This document shows, piece after piece, positions 53,482 through 64,000 of a stretch of 64,000 bases of DNA. Each line of letters starts with the position of its first letter. The stretch's first letter is position 1. This DNA comes from Podarcis cretensis (taxonomy: Eukaryota), in contig OX638158.1 of assembly GCA_951804945.1 (NCBI GenBank), forward strand, positions 20,460,001 through 20,524,000, written 5' to 3'. The translations under genes and the position numbers were made by a program. The notes beneath the pieces are model-generated. The model saw only the letters and a list, made by a program, of their open reading frames with translations, did no database searches and was not told the DNA's origin.

Positions 53482-53539
53482 GTAGCTTGCAAGCACAGTA
53501 TGACTGAGAAGCAATCTTGTGCCAAGAGGGCCTCTAGGA

Positions 53540-53808
53540 CCCCTACACTAGAAAGGATCCTGGGAACTGTAGTTTGTTAAGGGTGTTGAGAGTTGTTAGG
53601 AGACCCATGTTTTCCACAGAGCTGCAGTTCTCAGAATGGCTTAACAGCCAATACCTCTTGCCAGGGAACTCTGGGAATTGTAGTTCTGTGAGGGAAACGG
53701 TTCTCACAACAATTCTCAGCACCCTTAACAAACTGCTCTTCCTATGGGGAAGCCATGACTTGAAAGTGGTGTGATACTGCTATAAACATATAGTGCAGAA
53801 AGGGCCCA
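53540..53808. mobile_element. Foldback MITE family (cctgggaactgtagtttgttaaggg); other copies ~5568-5720, 21752-22722 (interrupted), 40890-41068
   Basis: Recurrent internally inverted sequence seen at four sites. Confidence 0.65.
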
Positions 53809-53934
53809 AGATAGGTGCAAGTTATGGTTATTTATAGAGGTATAAAACATGTGACTGGAGAAATGGAAATATAATAGTTGGGAAGGAGCGAGCCAAGTAT
53901 TTATTGCACAGGGCATACAAACTATTGCAGAATA

Positions 53935-54085
53935 AGGAAGAAGCTCAGTGGCAGAGCACATGGGTTGCATACATAATATACCCAAGATCCAGTCTTTGGC
54001 ATCTCCTGTTAAAAGGATCTCCCATGAGCTGCCACCAGCCAGAATAAGCAAGACGCTGGACAATAGTCTTAATATAAGGCAGAGT
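53935..54085 (+). mobile_element. Squam3-like tRNA SINE, degenerate
   Basis: agctcagtggcagagcacatgggttgcat head; tataaggcag tail. Confidence 0.55.
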
Positions 54086-54233
54086 TATACATTTCTAGAA
54101 TAATTCAAAGAGGCCTCCTAATGCAAAATACTGAAAGTAATAATAATAGCAACCATAGAAATCTGTGGACACAAGTAACTTTGGTCCATTAATTTCAGTG
54201 GGTCTACTCTTGAGTATAACTTAGCTGGATACA

Positions 54234-54311
54234 CGGGAAAAAAAAAAATACGAGGCATTACACTTACACTGTAAAACAAGAAAACCCTTAATAAAATATA
54301 TTAAAAAAAAA
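54234..54311 (+). mobile_element. 78-bp retroposed insertion with 16-bp TSD
   Basis: TSD AACTTAGCTGGATACA at 54218-54233 and 54312-54327; AATAAA then A-tail. Confidence 0.8.
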
Positions 54312-54558
54312 AACTTAGCTGGATACAGCCCTAATATATGGGTTCTGTCATCCTTAGTACTAACTGATACACTCAACTAATGGCATATATACAGTGGAAA
54401 TATCTGTTCTTTTGTTTTTTTAGGAATGACTTCCCATTGAGTCTGAAAGCTATAGCTGATGAGTTTTTCTTACCACTGTCTTGACACTTTCTGCTCCAAG
54501 GAAGCATTCCTGATGTGAACTTAAGCTGGGGAGGAGCTTGCTGAGAGCAGTAGAGGAC

Positions 54559-54878
54559 ATGATTTTCATAGGCTGGAGGCGGCTGATACGCTTATGCAGC
54601 AGGGACATCTTCAGTACAAGTCTAAAGCAAAAGGATGGAAGCAGCTGTTCACTTTGGAAGTGCTACCACCAGAAGACTTCAGGGAGTCTCCTGGATCCAG
54701 AGATGAGATTGTTTTTGGAGAAGAACACAGAAGTCATCAGCAGTGGGAACCTGACACCAGAAATAAGGTTAAGACTTCTGACTCCTCGCTGTCGATTTTG
54801 GCATGACAAGGCTGCCTTATGGCCATATGGGGACCCGTACTGGGCAATCTATTGGCCAGGAGGCCAAGGACTAGCCAG
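54559..54878 (+). CDS. ETFBKMT: ETF beta subunit lysine methyltransferase (METTL20), coding exon 1
   Basis: ATG 54559; Arg-rich mitochondrial-presequence-like N-terminus, then LDPEMRLFLEKNTEVISSGNLTPEIRLRLLTPRCRFW...DPYWAIYWPGGQGLAR typical of METTL20. Donor AG|GTATAA at 54879 (phase 2). Confidence 0.95.
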
Positions 54879-54945
54879 GTATAAAACACTTATCAGTTCT
54901 AGAAGGCATACATGCCACATGTTCACCCAGACTTAGGTTTACTAG

Positions 54946-55690
54946 TGTTATGGAAATAGGGTTCGCTAACGCGGGTGGCGCTGTTTTCTAAACCACAGAG
55001 CCTAGGGCTTGCCGATCAGAAGGTCGGCGGTTCGAATCTCTGCGACAGAGTGAGCTCCTGTTGCTCGGTTCCAGCTCCTGCCAACCTAGCAGTTCGAAAG
55101 CATGCCAAAAGTGCAAGTAGATAAATAGGTACTGCTCTGGCGGGAAGGTAAACAGCGTTTCCGTGCGCTGCTCTGGTTCGCTAGAAGTGGCTTAGTCATG
55201 CTGGCCACATGACCGGAAGCTGTCTGGGGACAAACACAGGCTCCCTCGGGCCAGTAAAGCGAGATGAGTGCCGCAACCACAGAGTCGGCCGCAACTGGAC
55301 TTAATGGTCAGGGGTACCTTTACCTTTAAGTGGGAGGTCAATCAACCAGACAAGAATCAGCTAAGAAACTCTTTATTCCTGAAAAGGAAGGGTGTGCCCT
55401 GCACCTATTGGTCGCAGAGGCAGACCCCAAACACATATAACACATAGTCTTTTATGCATTGAAGTAAACAACTCCTAAAACATCAGCTGTATGTTAGTCT
55501 TTGAGCTAGTCTGCAGAATTGCCTTATCTGTTCAGACAGTTAGCTTTCTATAAATGTTTCATGTCTTCCATGGCTCTTTTATTGTGTTCTTAGTTGTTTT
55601 CCTTTTAACTCGCACCTTCTGCATTTCTCATTGCCCTTTTCCTTACATCCATCTTCTGCTTGATTTGCGACGTATGCATTCCTTATACCA
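54946..55690 (-). mobile_element. Solo LTR (4-bp TSD) interrupted by a Sauria SINE
   Basis: TG...CA ends (tgttat / atacca); TSD CTAG at 54942-45 and 55691-94; minus-strand CATAAAA and AATAAA. Confidence 0.65.
54968..55328 (+). mobile_element. Sauria SINE nested in a solo LTR, ETFBKMT intron
   Basis: Head acgcgggtggcgctg, B box, body and ACCTTT tail. Confidence 0.9.
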
Positions 55691-55768
55691 CTAGCTAATT
55701 CATATTCAGTGCTAGGCTAATGCTATGAATTTTTTTGTTACTTTTCTTGTTTTTCAAAACATACTCAG

Positions 55769-55899
55769 ATACCTTCTTGATAACCCCGAGGTTGTCAGAG
55801 AGAAGAGAGTCCTCGATCTTGGAAGCGGTTGTGGAGCAACAGCCATAGCAGCTATGATGAGCGGCGCATCGCACGTTGTTGCCAATGACATTGATCCTG
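55769..55899 (+). CDS. ETFBKMT: ETFBKMT coding exon 2 (SAM-binding motif I)
   Basis: Acceptor ...ctcAG 55767-68; reads YLLDNPEVVREKRVLDLGSGCGATAIAAMMSGASHVVANDIDP, with the seven-beta-strand methyltransferase VLDLGSGCG motif. Donor G|GTAAGA at 55900; phases join correctly. Confidence 0.96.
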
Positions 55900-56290
55900 G
55901 TAAGATGCTCCATGGCACGTGCAGTGCAGTCAGTCTCAGTGCATTGGGAAGAAGGGAGGACCATATGCGGCTCCAGCATGTTACAAGGTAACATGATAGA
56001 CAAGGAAGCCTTTGAAAGAACTGAGCATGTCCCATAGCCATTGATTTGGAGGCAGGGCTACTTGATAGTGAAACAGTCAACACATCAGTGATGATCTTCC
56101 AGCTTTGTTTAAATGAGATACCCGTTTTGCAGAAGAGAAATGGTGTAGAACAGGTGTTAATTCGCCCTCTCTTAAAGACATCCAGGATGAGCAATTTCCC
56201 CTTGTCTGTCTGAAGGATAAAGAACCCTACACTGACATTTTGGCTGACTTCCCCAAAGTAGCTGGCGTTCTTTTATAACTCCTCAAGATA

Positions 56291-56483
56291 AAAGGTAAAA
56301 AAGGTAAGACCCCCCCCCCGATGGTTAAGTCCAGTCAAAAGTGACTATGGGGTTGCGATGCTCATCTTGCTTTCAAGCTGAGGGAGCTGGCCTTTGTCCA
56401 CAGACAGCTTTCTGGGTCATGTGACCAGCATGACTAAACGGCTTCTGGCGCAACCGAACACCATGACAGAAACCAGAGTGCAC
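56291..56483 (-). mobile_element. Sauria SINE 3' fragment
   Basis: Reverse-complement tail (aaaggta) and ggtcatgtgaccagcatgactaa body. Confidence 0.8.
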
Positions 56484-58155
56484 GTGTTTTTGTGTTTCTG
56501 TACCTCCTAGATCAGGAAATCTGCTTGTTTTTCACTATTTGTTCCAACCACAGACTGTCTGGTTCTAACCACCACAACATCTGGCAAGTTATTTACTTTG
56601 TCTTCACTTCCTTTCCTTTACTCACTGGAAAATATTGCCCTAGATTTAGAGAAGTCACATGACTCACTCATGCTAAGCTTGCCAACTTTGGTGAGGGGAG
56701 AAAAACCAGTGTGGAAAAAGCAAAACACACAGTGTTCTTGCAAGGCAGAAAGCAAATGTAAAGAGAAACATAGTAGTCTTTTTATATGAGCGAAGTCAGA
56801 GATTGGTTTGGGGCTGAGCCACGATTGAAGCCAAATCTCATAGTGTTGTCTAGTGGTTGGAGGGCACATAGTCCTCAATATGAACACACTTCAGGAAGTA
56901 GAAAATGATCTTCAATGGGTTGTAGATTCCACCCTGAACAACTAGATAAGCTACTCACCAGAGCATATTCAAAGGACAACGAAAGGCAGCTGTTTTGGTC
57001 CATTCAAAACACTAAAGAGATTTGAACTTTCCCCCAACTATCAGCCCCAACTTGGGGCCATTAACCATTAAACCTGCCTTACAGAATGAATAACCAGCCT
57101 GTTACCCAGTTTAGGATCCAATATAAGGAACCAATATAAGAAATACAGCACAAATTCCGCAATTGAAACCAAACAATACTACTATGGCTAAGCGTCATCA
57201 TAATCATCATTATTCCACATTTAAAATAACATAATTAAAGAGAATTCTCAAAACATTGTGCTTAAAACAACTAAGAAGCACAAAAATTGAAATATATGAA
57301 AATGCATCATAATTGCAATATATCATATTGAAATCTTACACAGAACACATACCTCAGTTGTTTACCCTGCAAAACACTATTTCTGCTCTCTGTTGGGGAC
57401 CCCTTCCTCTTTCACATATCACATTCTTATCCCATAGCTAATGAAACATCTGGCATTCTAATTCCACCTACACAGTTCCTAGTCCTTTGATGCCTGTCCA
57501 GCAGTTAGTGCCGAGCCACCCAGATGCTGCAGAAGCAGTGGATGCTATTTCTTTTCACATATTCCCTCAAGTAATAGAGCGCACACATTAGTATAGGTCT
57601 AGAACTTAAACATGTATCCTAACACCTAACCGACTATATCAACTATCCCACACAAGCTGAAGCCACTCTAGATTGGTGATCAAGCTAGCTAATGGATGAG
57701 GGTCTTACCCAGAGTCAGGGATGTAGATGTTACTGTTCTCAGTGGCATGAACTCTGGTCTGATGGAGAAAGGCCTCCCTGCATAAGCGGTCCATGCCGAC
57801 TTTGGTGTAGGGTTGGGTCAGTCAATACACTCAGTTACGTAAATGATGCGACTTGAGCAGCCTTCACCAATCTGGTACCCTTCAGATGTTTTGGACTACA
57901 ACTCCCATCATTCCCAGACAGAGTACAAAATGTAAGGGAGGCACCAGGGACTTGAATGTGATCAGCCTATGAATTGTGTCCCTAGCAATACTCTGCCCAC
58001 AGAGACTATAAGATAGCTTGTTAAAAACAATTCTGCGAAGGAAAGTATTGCCCAACAAAGGATCCAAAAGACTAGAAAGTTGACCAGTCCAGGTGGCATT
58101 ACCAACTCAAAATTTTGGGCACTGATCTTTTCTTGTTTGTTTCCTTATTTCTCAG

Positions 58156-58499
58156 TTGCAGGAGCTGCCATGCTGCTGAACTGTGAACTGAACAACCTGA
58201 ATCCTTTCCATGTTCTCACAGAGAACCTCATTGGTACAGAAGTAGACAACTGGGATCTTATTATCCTAGGGGACATGTTTTACAGTGAAGCTCTTGCAGA
58301 CAGCCTTCATCAGTGGCTGAAAAACCACATCCAAATTCATAGGACTAAAGTGTTAATTGGAGACCCCGGCAGGCCCTATTTTGTGTGCCACAAAATTCAG
58401 AAGCAGCTTCTCAAAGTCAGTGAGTATGACCTCACCAAATCAACGAAGCAAGAGAACAATGGGTCCACCAGTACTGTGGTTTGGCACTACCAGCCTTGA
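58156..58499 (+). CDS. ETFBKMT: ETFBKMT coding exon 3 (terminal)
   Basis: Polypyrimidine tract and AG at 58154-55; reads VAGAAMLLNCELNNLNPF...WDLIILGDMFY...VLIGDPGRP...STVVWHYQP, TGA 58497-99. Total CDS 320+131+344=795 nt = 264 aa + stop. Confidence 0.96.
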
Positions 58500-58717
58500 C
58501 TCTCCATGGACCTCAAGTGCAGAAATACTGGACTATATTGCATGTCACTTGAACCACTAAAAGCCCCATTTTGTGGCAGTTCAAATTCTGACTAGTGCCA
58601 ATACATACTATACTGCCTATATGCATTCTATCAGCATGCATACATTCTATATATTTCAATGACACAACATGGTTTGTACCAGCTGAAGGTGGCATTTGTG
58701 CAGACTGGGACAGGTGT

Positions 58718-58723
58718 AATAAA
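58718..58723 (+). promoter_or_regulatory. Candidate ETFBKMT polyadenylation signal
   Basis: AATAAA ~220 nt after the stop codon; a second ATTAAA at 58886-58891. Confidence 0.55.
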
Positions 58724-58999
58724 AGAAAGCACTTTGCCGTATAATTCCCACTTTATTCCATGGAAATTATGTGTGCATGCCAGTATGTGGCTGAGTTTTA
58801 TTCTTTAGAAACATAAAGAAAAAAACTGTTTTCAGTGAAGTCTTTTACTTGCAGAGGATGGGTGTATCGGTAGTTGCTGATGTTGATTAAAAATGTAAAA
58901 TCCTATCTCCCTTGTAAAAATTTGATAAACCACCTCTTTGTGGCCGCTCACATGGAGCTTTGGTTACATTGGAAACTGCAAACAGATGTACTATCTGCA

Positions 59000-59780
59000 A
59001 GTGGTATGTGTTGTGTCCCACAGGCCCAAATGCAGATCTTGGTTGAGCGGTTTACTGAGACCTTGAAAGACCCAGTTGCAGGGATTCCAAATGATCGGTT
59101 GTAAAGCTTTATTGTAGTCACTCTTTCAGTATTTACTTTTGTGAACACTTTTGAAGTGTTGGAAGGAGCGGATAGTGACCAGTTTCCAGTATCAGTGACC
59201 CAATGTCCTTTAACAGAATGCATATCAACAACCAATCTGCGTGGAGAATTATAAGGCATGAAAAGACTGAAATGGTCTCTCAGATTGGGCAGCAATATCC
59301 AACAGGCACTATTTAGTCATCATGTGACAAACTTGCATCAACATTTTATGAGCAAATCTCCAAATCCTGTTCATGTCTTCCAGCAAATTGTCACAGAACT
59401 CGGGCCCTATTTGATAACTTCTACAATTAATAAATACACACAATCAACACACCTTGGCTGGTTTGACAGTGAGTGCAAGGCAGCTAATACAAGTTCTAGC
59501 TAGGGCAGGCTTCCTCAACCTTGGCCCTCCAGATGTTTTTGGCCTACAACTGCCATGATCCCTAGTTAGCAGGACCAGTGGTCGGGGATGATGGGAATTG
59601 TAGTCTCAAAACATCTGGAGGGCCGAGGTTGAGGAAGCCTGGGCTAGGGCAATTCAGGATTTGTGTACGAATCTGTAAGAAGAATCCTCAGAAAATTTGA
59701 TCAAATGTAGATTGAAATACAAGAGTCTGCTCGAAAACAGGAAAGCTGAATATATGAAAACCCAGTGGCAGGAATAGGAG
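59000..59780 (+). mobile_element. Decayed LINE endonuclease/linker fragment, interrupted by a MITE
   Basis: ...FEVLEGADSDQFPV (SDH-like) and GWFDSECKAA linker motif. Confidence 0.5.
59506..59641. mobile_element. hAT-type foldback MITE
   Basis: Same family; TSD AGCTAGGG/GGCTAGGG. Older copies at ~2510-2610, 11030-11145, 26125-26250, 27445-27570, 32800-32937. Confidence 0.85.
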
Positions 59781-60436
59781 TAATGGACCAGAGGGTTATC
59801 AGTAATGGAACAACAGAAAGTTATCAGACCAAACTCTCATCAGTTTGTTTAAGAAATGCCTTAATTGAGCTGCAGTTCCAAGTGATGCCCTCTGCAGTCT
59901 TGGGACTTGGCTAGATTTGTAAAGAAAAAGCAATTTATATGTGTTGTATATGTGATATAACATTGTGCCACCAGATAGCACTATGGAGTCCTGTTTTTCT
60001 GTACCCGTTTTCCCTGTTTAAATTTACAACTCGTGTAACTGAAATGCTTCTTTGATGTGTCCTGATTCAGTCTTGGATGGACACTGCACAAAGTCCCATT
60101 CTCAGTCAGACTTTGTATTTGTGGAAGACATTACTCATTATCTTCTAGTTGCCCCTTATATAGAGGTCACTTTCTGAAACCTTTGTTCTCACAAGCAAGC
60201 AGGTAGGCCCCGACAGAAACGATTCGGTTTCTTTTGAATGTCAGTAATAGCTTAGTAACACAGAGTGACCCTCTACGCATTAGCTGGAGAGAGGAAAATC
60301 AGGAAAAATAAGTGGATAAAATCACTATAAATTGTTGTGATTTGGAGCTTTAATCTTGAAATCCAAGTTGAATTTGAGTTTGTAGGTGTCTCTGGTAACT
60401 CTTTTATCATAGATGTTGGCTAATATCATGGACATA

Positions 60437-60688
60437 GTTACAGATAGGTAGCCGTGTTGGTCTGCCATAGTCAAAACAAAAAAAATTCCTTCCAGTAGCA
60501 CCTTAAAGACCAACTAAGTTAGTTCTTGGTATGAGCTTTCGTGTGCATGCACACTTCTTCAGATATCTGTTTCAGTGTATCTTCTGTTTCAGTGTATCTG
60601 AAGAAGTGTGCATGCACACGAAAGCTCATACCAAGAACTAACTTAGTTGGTCTTTAAGGTGCTACTGGAAGGAATTTTTTTTGTTTTG
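60437..60688. mobile_element. Penelope-like element terminal repeat, inverted (palindromic) insertion with 12-bp TSD
   Basis: TSD ATCATGGACATA at 60425-60436 and 60689-60700; perfect 95-bp inverted repeat 60471-60565 / 60595-60689; short unpaired 5' extension. Confidence 0.85.
60594..60631 (+). ncRNA. Minimal type I hammerhead ribozyme motif (PLE-type); mirror copy on the minus strand at ~60529-60565
   Basis: GTAT-CTGAAGA-A-GTGTG-CATG-CACAC-GAAA-GC-TC-ATAC: CUGANGA and GAAA cores, 5-bp stem II, UC cleavage site, 4-bp stem I. Confidence 0.7.
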
Positions 60689-61099
60689 ATCATGGACATA
60701 TGTTCTTTATTATTTTGTTAATGCTATTGCTACAAGTCTGCCATGGACTTTGGCTAGAATAATAAACTTGCAAACTGAACCTCCCATCCACCCATCTGGC
60801 AGATGCGGGAATGAGTGGGACACATCCACTAGGTTGCACGAATAACTCCCAACTCCCTAGGCTAGCAGCCAAGCTCCCAAAGCAAGCAGGTGGGATGGCT
60901 CTGAAGCAAGTACCAGTTAGTTTCAGGGTTATACAGACTACCAAGATGGCTTTACACATATGGTACTTGGCAGTGACTGCTAAATTTACACGACACTGCT
61001 GAGTGATGCATGGTGAAACAAAAGGATATTTTCGATGCTGATTGGTTTACATCTGTTTCTTTTATTAACTGTCACCCAGAGGAACCCAGACCCACTATA

Positions 61100-61332
61100 C
61101 AGTGGTACCTCTGGTTACGTACTTAATTCGTTCCAGAGGTCTGTTCTTAACCTGAAACTGTTCTTAACTTGATGACCACTTTAGCTAATGGGGCCTCCCA
61201 CTGCCGCCACCACACAATTTCTGTTCTCATCCTGAAGCAAAGTTCTTAACCCGAGGTACTATTTCTGGCTTAGCGGAGTCTGTAACCTGAAGCGTATGTA
61301 ACCTGAAGCATATGTAACCTGAGGTACCACTG
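61100..61332. mobile_element. Tc1/mariner-type MITE
   Basis: CAGTGGTACCTC TIRs, TA TSD. Confidence 0.9.
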
Positions 61333-63084
61333 TAACCCATATATCTTTTTGGCTTTGGTTATTTAACAACATGCTATTATTAACTGCCTAATACACATAA
61401 TGCCTGTATTTTCAATACCCATTATTTCATGTTATTCTGAATAAAAATCATCTCATAAAAAATGTAAAATCTACATCAGGGCAATAACCAGGACAACCAA
61501 ACTGCCATAAAATAGCATGCAGTCTTTGACTTCTACAGAATGTTTTATCAGAGGAGGGGGTGTGGGATAGAGTGGGTTGCTGTCAAAGCCACAAGGATGT
61601 ATATCTTCTCACAATCTCAAGAAAGAATGTGGCAAGATATATCAGACATTCAAACCAGACTCCCACTATGTGCTCTGCAGGTTTAAAGTTGCACGTAGGG
61701 CAGCTGAGATGGAAAAATGTATAAAGGTTAGCATTTTCCCTTCCCAATTTTTGAAAATACAAAATCAAGCAGTTACCTAGATCTGTCTCGCTCCTTAGGT
61801 GAAACACACAGGTTCCTTCGTAGGCAGAAAACAAGGAATCAAGAGAAAGTAGGTAGCTTTTATATTAACAAAGCTAGATGTTAATTTTAGGTGTCATGCT
61901 AGGTAAAAAAGCAAAAAGAAGTCAAATTGGGTAGTTTTACTTAGCACTTGGAGTGTTTCGTCAGAGAATAAAGTCCCATCTTTGAGTAGTATAAGTCCAG
62001 TTTGCAACCAGCTGTCCAAGTCATTTAAAAAATGCTAGGTGCTTTTAATAATATAGCTAAATGGGATCTCCAGATTCAGAGACAGCATATCTTTGAAAGC
62101 CAGTTTGGGAGGGAGGGAAGAAGGAAGCAACAGATGGGGGTTTCCCAGATACATCTGGCTGAACATTATGGGGAACAGGATGCTGTCTAGGGGCTCTTCT
62201 GCTAATTCTATTTTTTTTTGGGGGGGGGGGGAATCCAGCCTCTGGTATATAAGCTTTGAACAGAACAGCAGTCATTTCAAGAGTAAGAACATACAAGGGG
62301 GTCCCCACTTAAGCAGATGTACTGTTGCAGTCGCCACACACATTACTGGGATGCATATGAGAGTGGATTCCCCGATTCTGCCCCTGTCCCCTTTTGGAGA
62401 CGAAAATGGTGCACTTGTCAGCAGAAGTGCTCGTGCTGATCACGTATAAGTGGAAAACATAAAATGTAAGACCCTCACCTGGTTTAGCTGGCTGGTCAAA
62501 GCCATTCTCAGGGTACAGCCACTGTTGCATGCTGACACCTTCTAGGAGCCACAGGTGAGAGCTGAGTGCAGGGTGGGGACCAAAGGTGGACAAAATGAGC
62601 ATGATGTGTCCCCCACCAGAGGTACAACCCCTCCTCAGTCCTAAGTACACCTACCAGAGAGTAAATCCGATTAAACATGTACAGAGTCGGTCTACAATTC
62701 AAAATAAATTTATAAGAGTAATTACTTAAGCCAACCTTGTTATGCAGTTACATTCCCTTAAATGCATTCTATTGCTATTAGTAAGCAATTTTCAAGTTCA
62801 AAAATATTCATACTGTGTTGATAACAGCCACAATGAAAATCAGATTAAATAAAAGACAGCAGGTGTGGGTGGATGAATTAAAGCTGTGTGGTTTTCACTA
62901 AGGCTGAAAACATTGTACTGTTGAGTCAAAGCTGTTAACACAGATCTGACCTTGGTGCTTTAATCAGGCTCTAATCAAAACTGTTTTCTGCAAAAGAAGC
63001 TCAGAGCACACTAAATAGAAACACAAAACCTTTCTTCATTCAGATATTGGGAAGTCCACCTTCTGCCCTGAACATGTACTTTTT

Positions 63085-64000
63085 TCTTTTTCTATAATAT
63101 TTTTATTGAATTTTCCATTATACAAATTTACCATATCACAATTTTTTCACAAATTTCAACTTTTTAGACTTCCATCAGCTTTTCTGCAGATCATCCATAT
63201 TTTTTACATACTTTACGCATTCACTATATATAATATTGCCTTTTAGCATACGCTTACTATCCTGTTTCTTTTTAACAATATTCCTCTGGCTTTCACAAAA
63301 CTTCTTTAAATCCCACTAGCGCTGTTTGTTCATCACATATACTTTTCAGATATTCTGTGAATTTTCCCCAGAACTCAATAAACTTGTGATCCCGTTGGTA
63401 TCTAATCTTCCCAGTTAATTTGTCCAACTCTGCATAGTCCATAAGTTTCATTCTCTACTCTTCAAGGGTCGGTAGTTCCTCCTGTTTCCATTTCTGGGCC
63501 ATTAATATTCTTGCTGCCGTTACTGCGTATTGAAAGAGTTTATAGTCTCTTCTATTTATCTCACTTCCTGTTATTCCTAACAGAAAGGCTTCTGGTTTCT
63601 TTACAAATGTATATTTCAAGATCTTTTTCAACTCATTATATATCATCTCCCAGAAACCCTTCACCTTTTTACATTCCCACCACATATGATAGAATGATCC
63701 TTCTTTTTGTTTACATTCCCAACACTTATTACACGTTTTAAACATTTTTGCTAGCTTAACCGGTGTGATATACCATCTATATCCATTTTCATAATATTTT
63801 CCTTTAACGCAGTACTTGCTGTAAATTTTATATTTTCATTCCATACTTTTTCCCAATCCTCCAGTTGTATATTGTATCCAAAATCTCTGGCCCAGTGTAT
63901 CATAACCGACTTTACTTCCTCATCCATCGTATACCATTCCAACAACATCTTATACATTTTTGACAATATCTTATAATCATTATTTATTATCTCCATTTGA
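63085..64000 (-). mobile_element. L1/Tx1-type LINE 3' portion (continues beyond window)
   Basis: CWECKQKEGSFYHMWWEC CCHC zinc knuckle, AARILMAQKWK; frameshift and stop present; AATAAA and A-tail at ~63085-63107. Confidence 0.85.

Noticed and set aside
51936-53507. 523-aa ORF as a host nuclease gene
   Set aside because: Motifs and linker are those of L2 ORF2; no evidence of domestication from sequence alone, so kept only as a finding.
56900-57860. Compositionally skewed block suggesting a LINE fragment
   Set aside because: No recognisable protein motif or termini; left unassigned.
58500-64000. AMN1 coding exons expected from synteny
   Set aside because: No recognisable AMN1 C-terminal peptide found in the window.

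Overview
Vertebrate (squamate, most likely lacertid lizard, judged from the Sauria-SINE and MITE families) genomic DNA, not prokaryotic. Two host genes lie head-to-head. DENND5B is on the minus strand: its CpG-island promoter and first coding exon (35132-35012) are here, and everything to the left (1-35011) is its long first intron. ETFBKMT/METTL20 is on the plus strand: three coding exons (54559-54878, 55769-55899, 58156-58499; 264 aa) and a probable CpG promoter plus non-coding exon 1 near 50 kb. The rest is dense with transposon copies: Sauria and other tRNA-derived SINEs, Tc1/mariner and hAT MITEs with target-site duplications (TSDs), L2/CR1/L1-Tx1/RTE-like LINE fragments, solo LTRs and Penelope-like (PLE) relics. 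I cannot support a wholly new biological system. The most interesting observations are: (1) a young, TSD-flanked PLE palindrome with a perfect 95-bp inverted repeat carrying a minimal hammerhead-ribozyme core on both strands; (2) an old ~450-bp inverted duplication bracketing the putative ETFBKMT promoter; (3) an inverted mariner-MITE pair plus spacer that splits an older hAT MITE like a composite transposon; (4) an open 523-codon endonuclease-only L2 fragment in ETFBKMT intron 1; (5) an intact solo LTR and a strong-Kozak uORF upstream of the DENND5B CDS. Repeat family names are by eye, without a database search.
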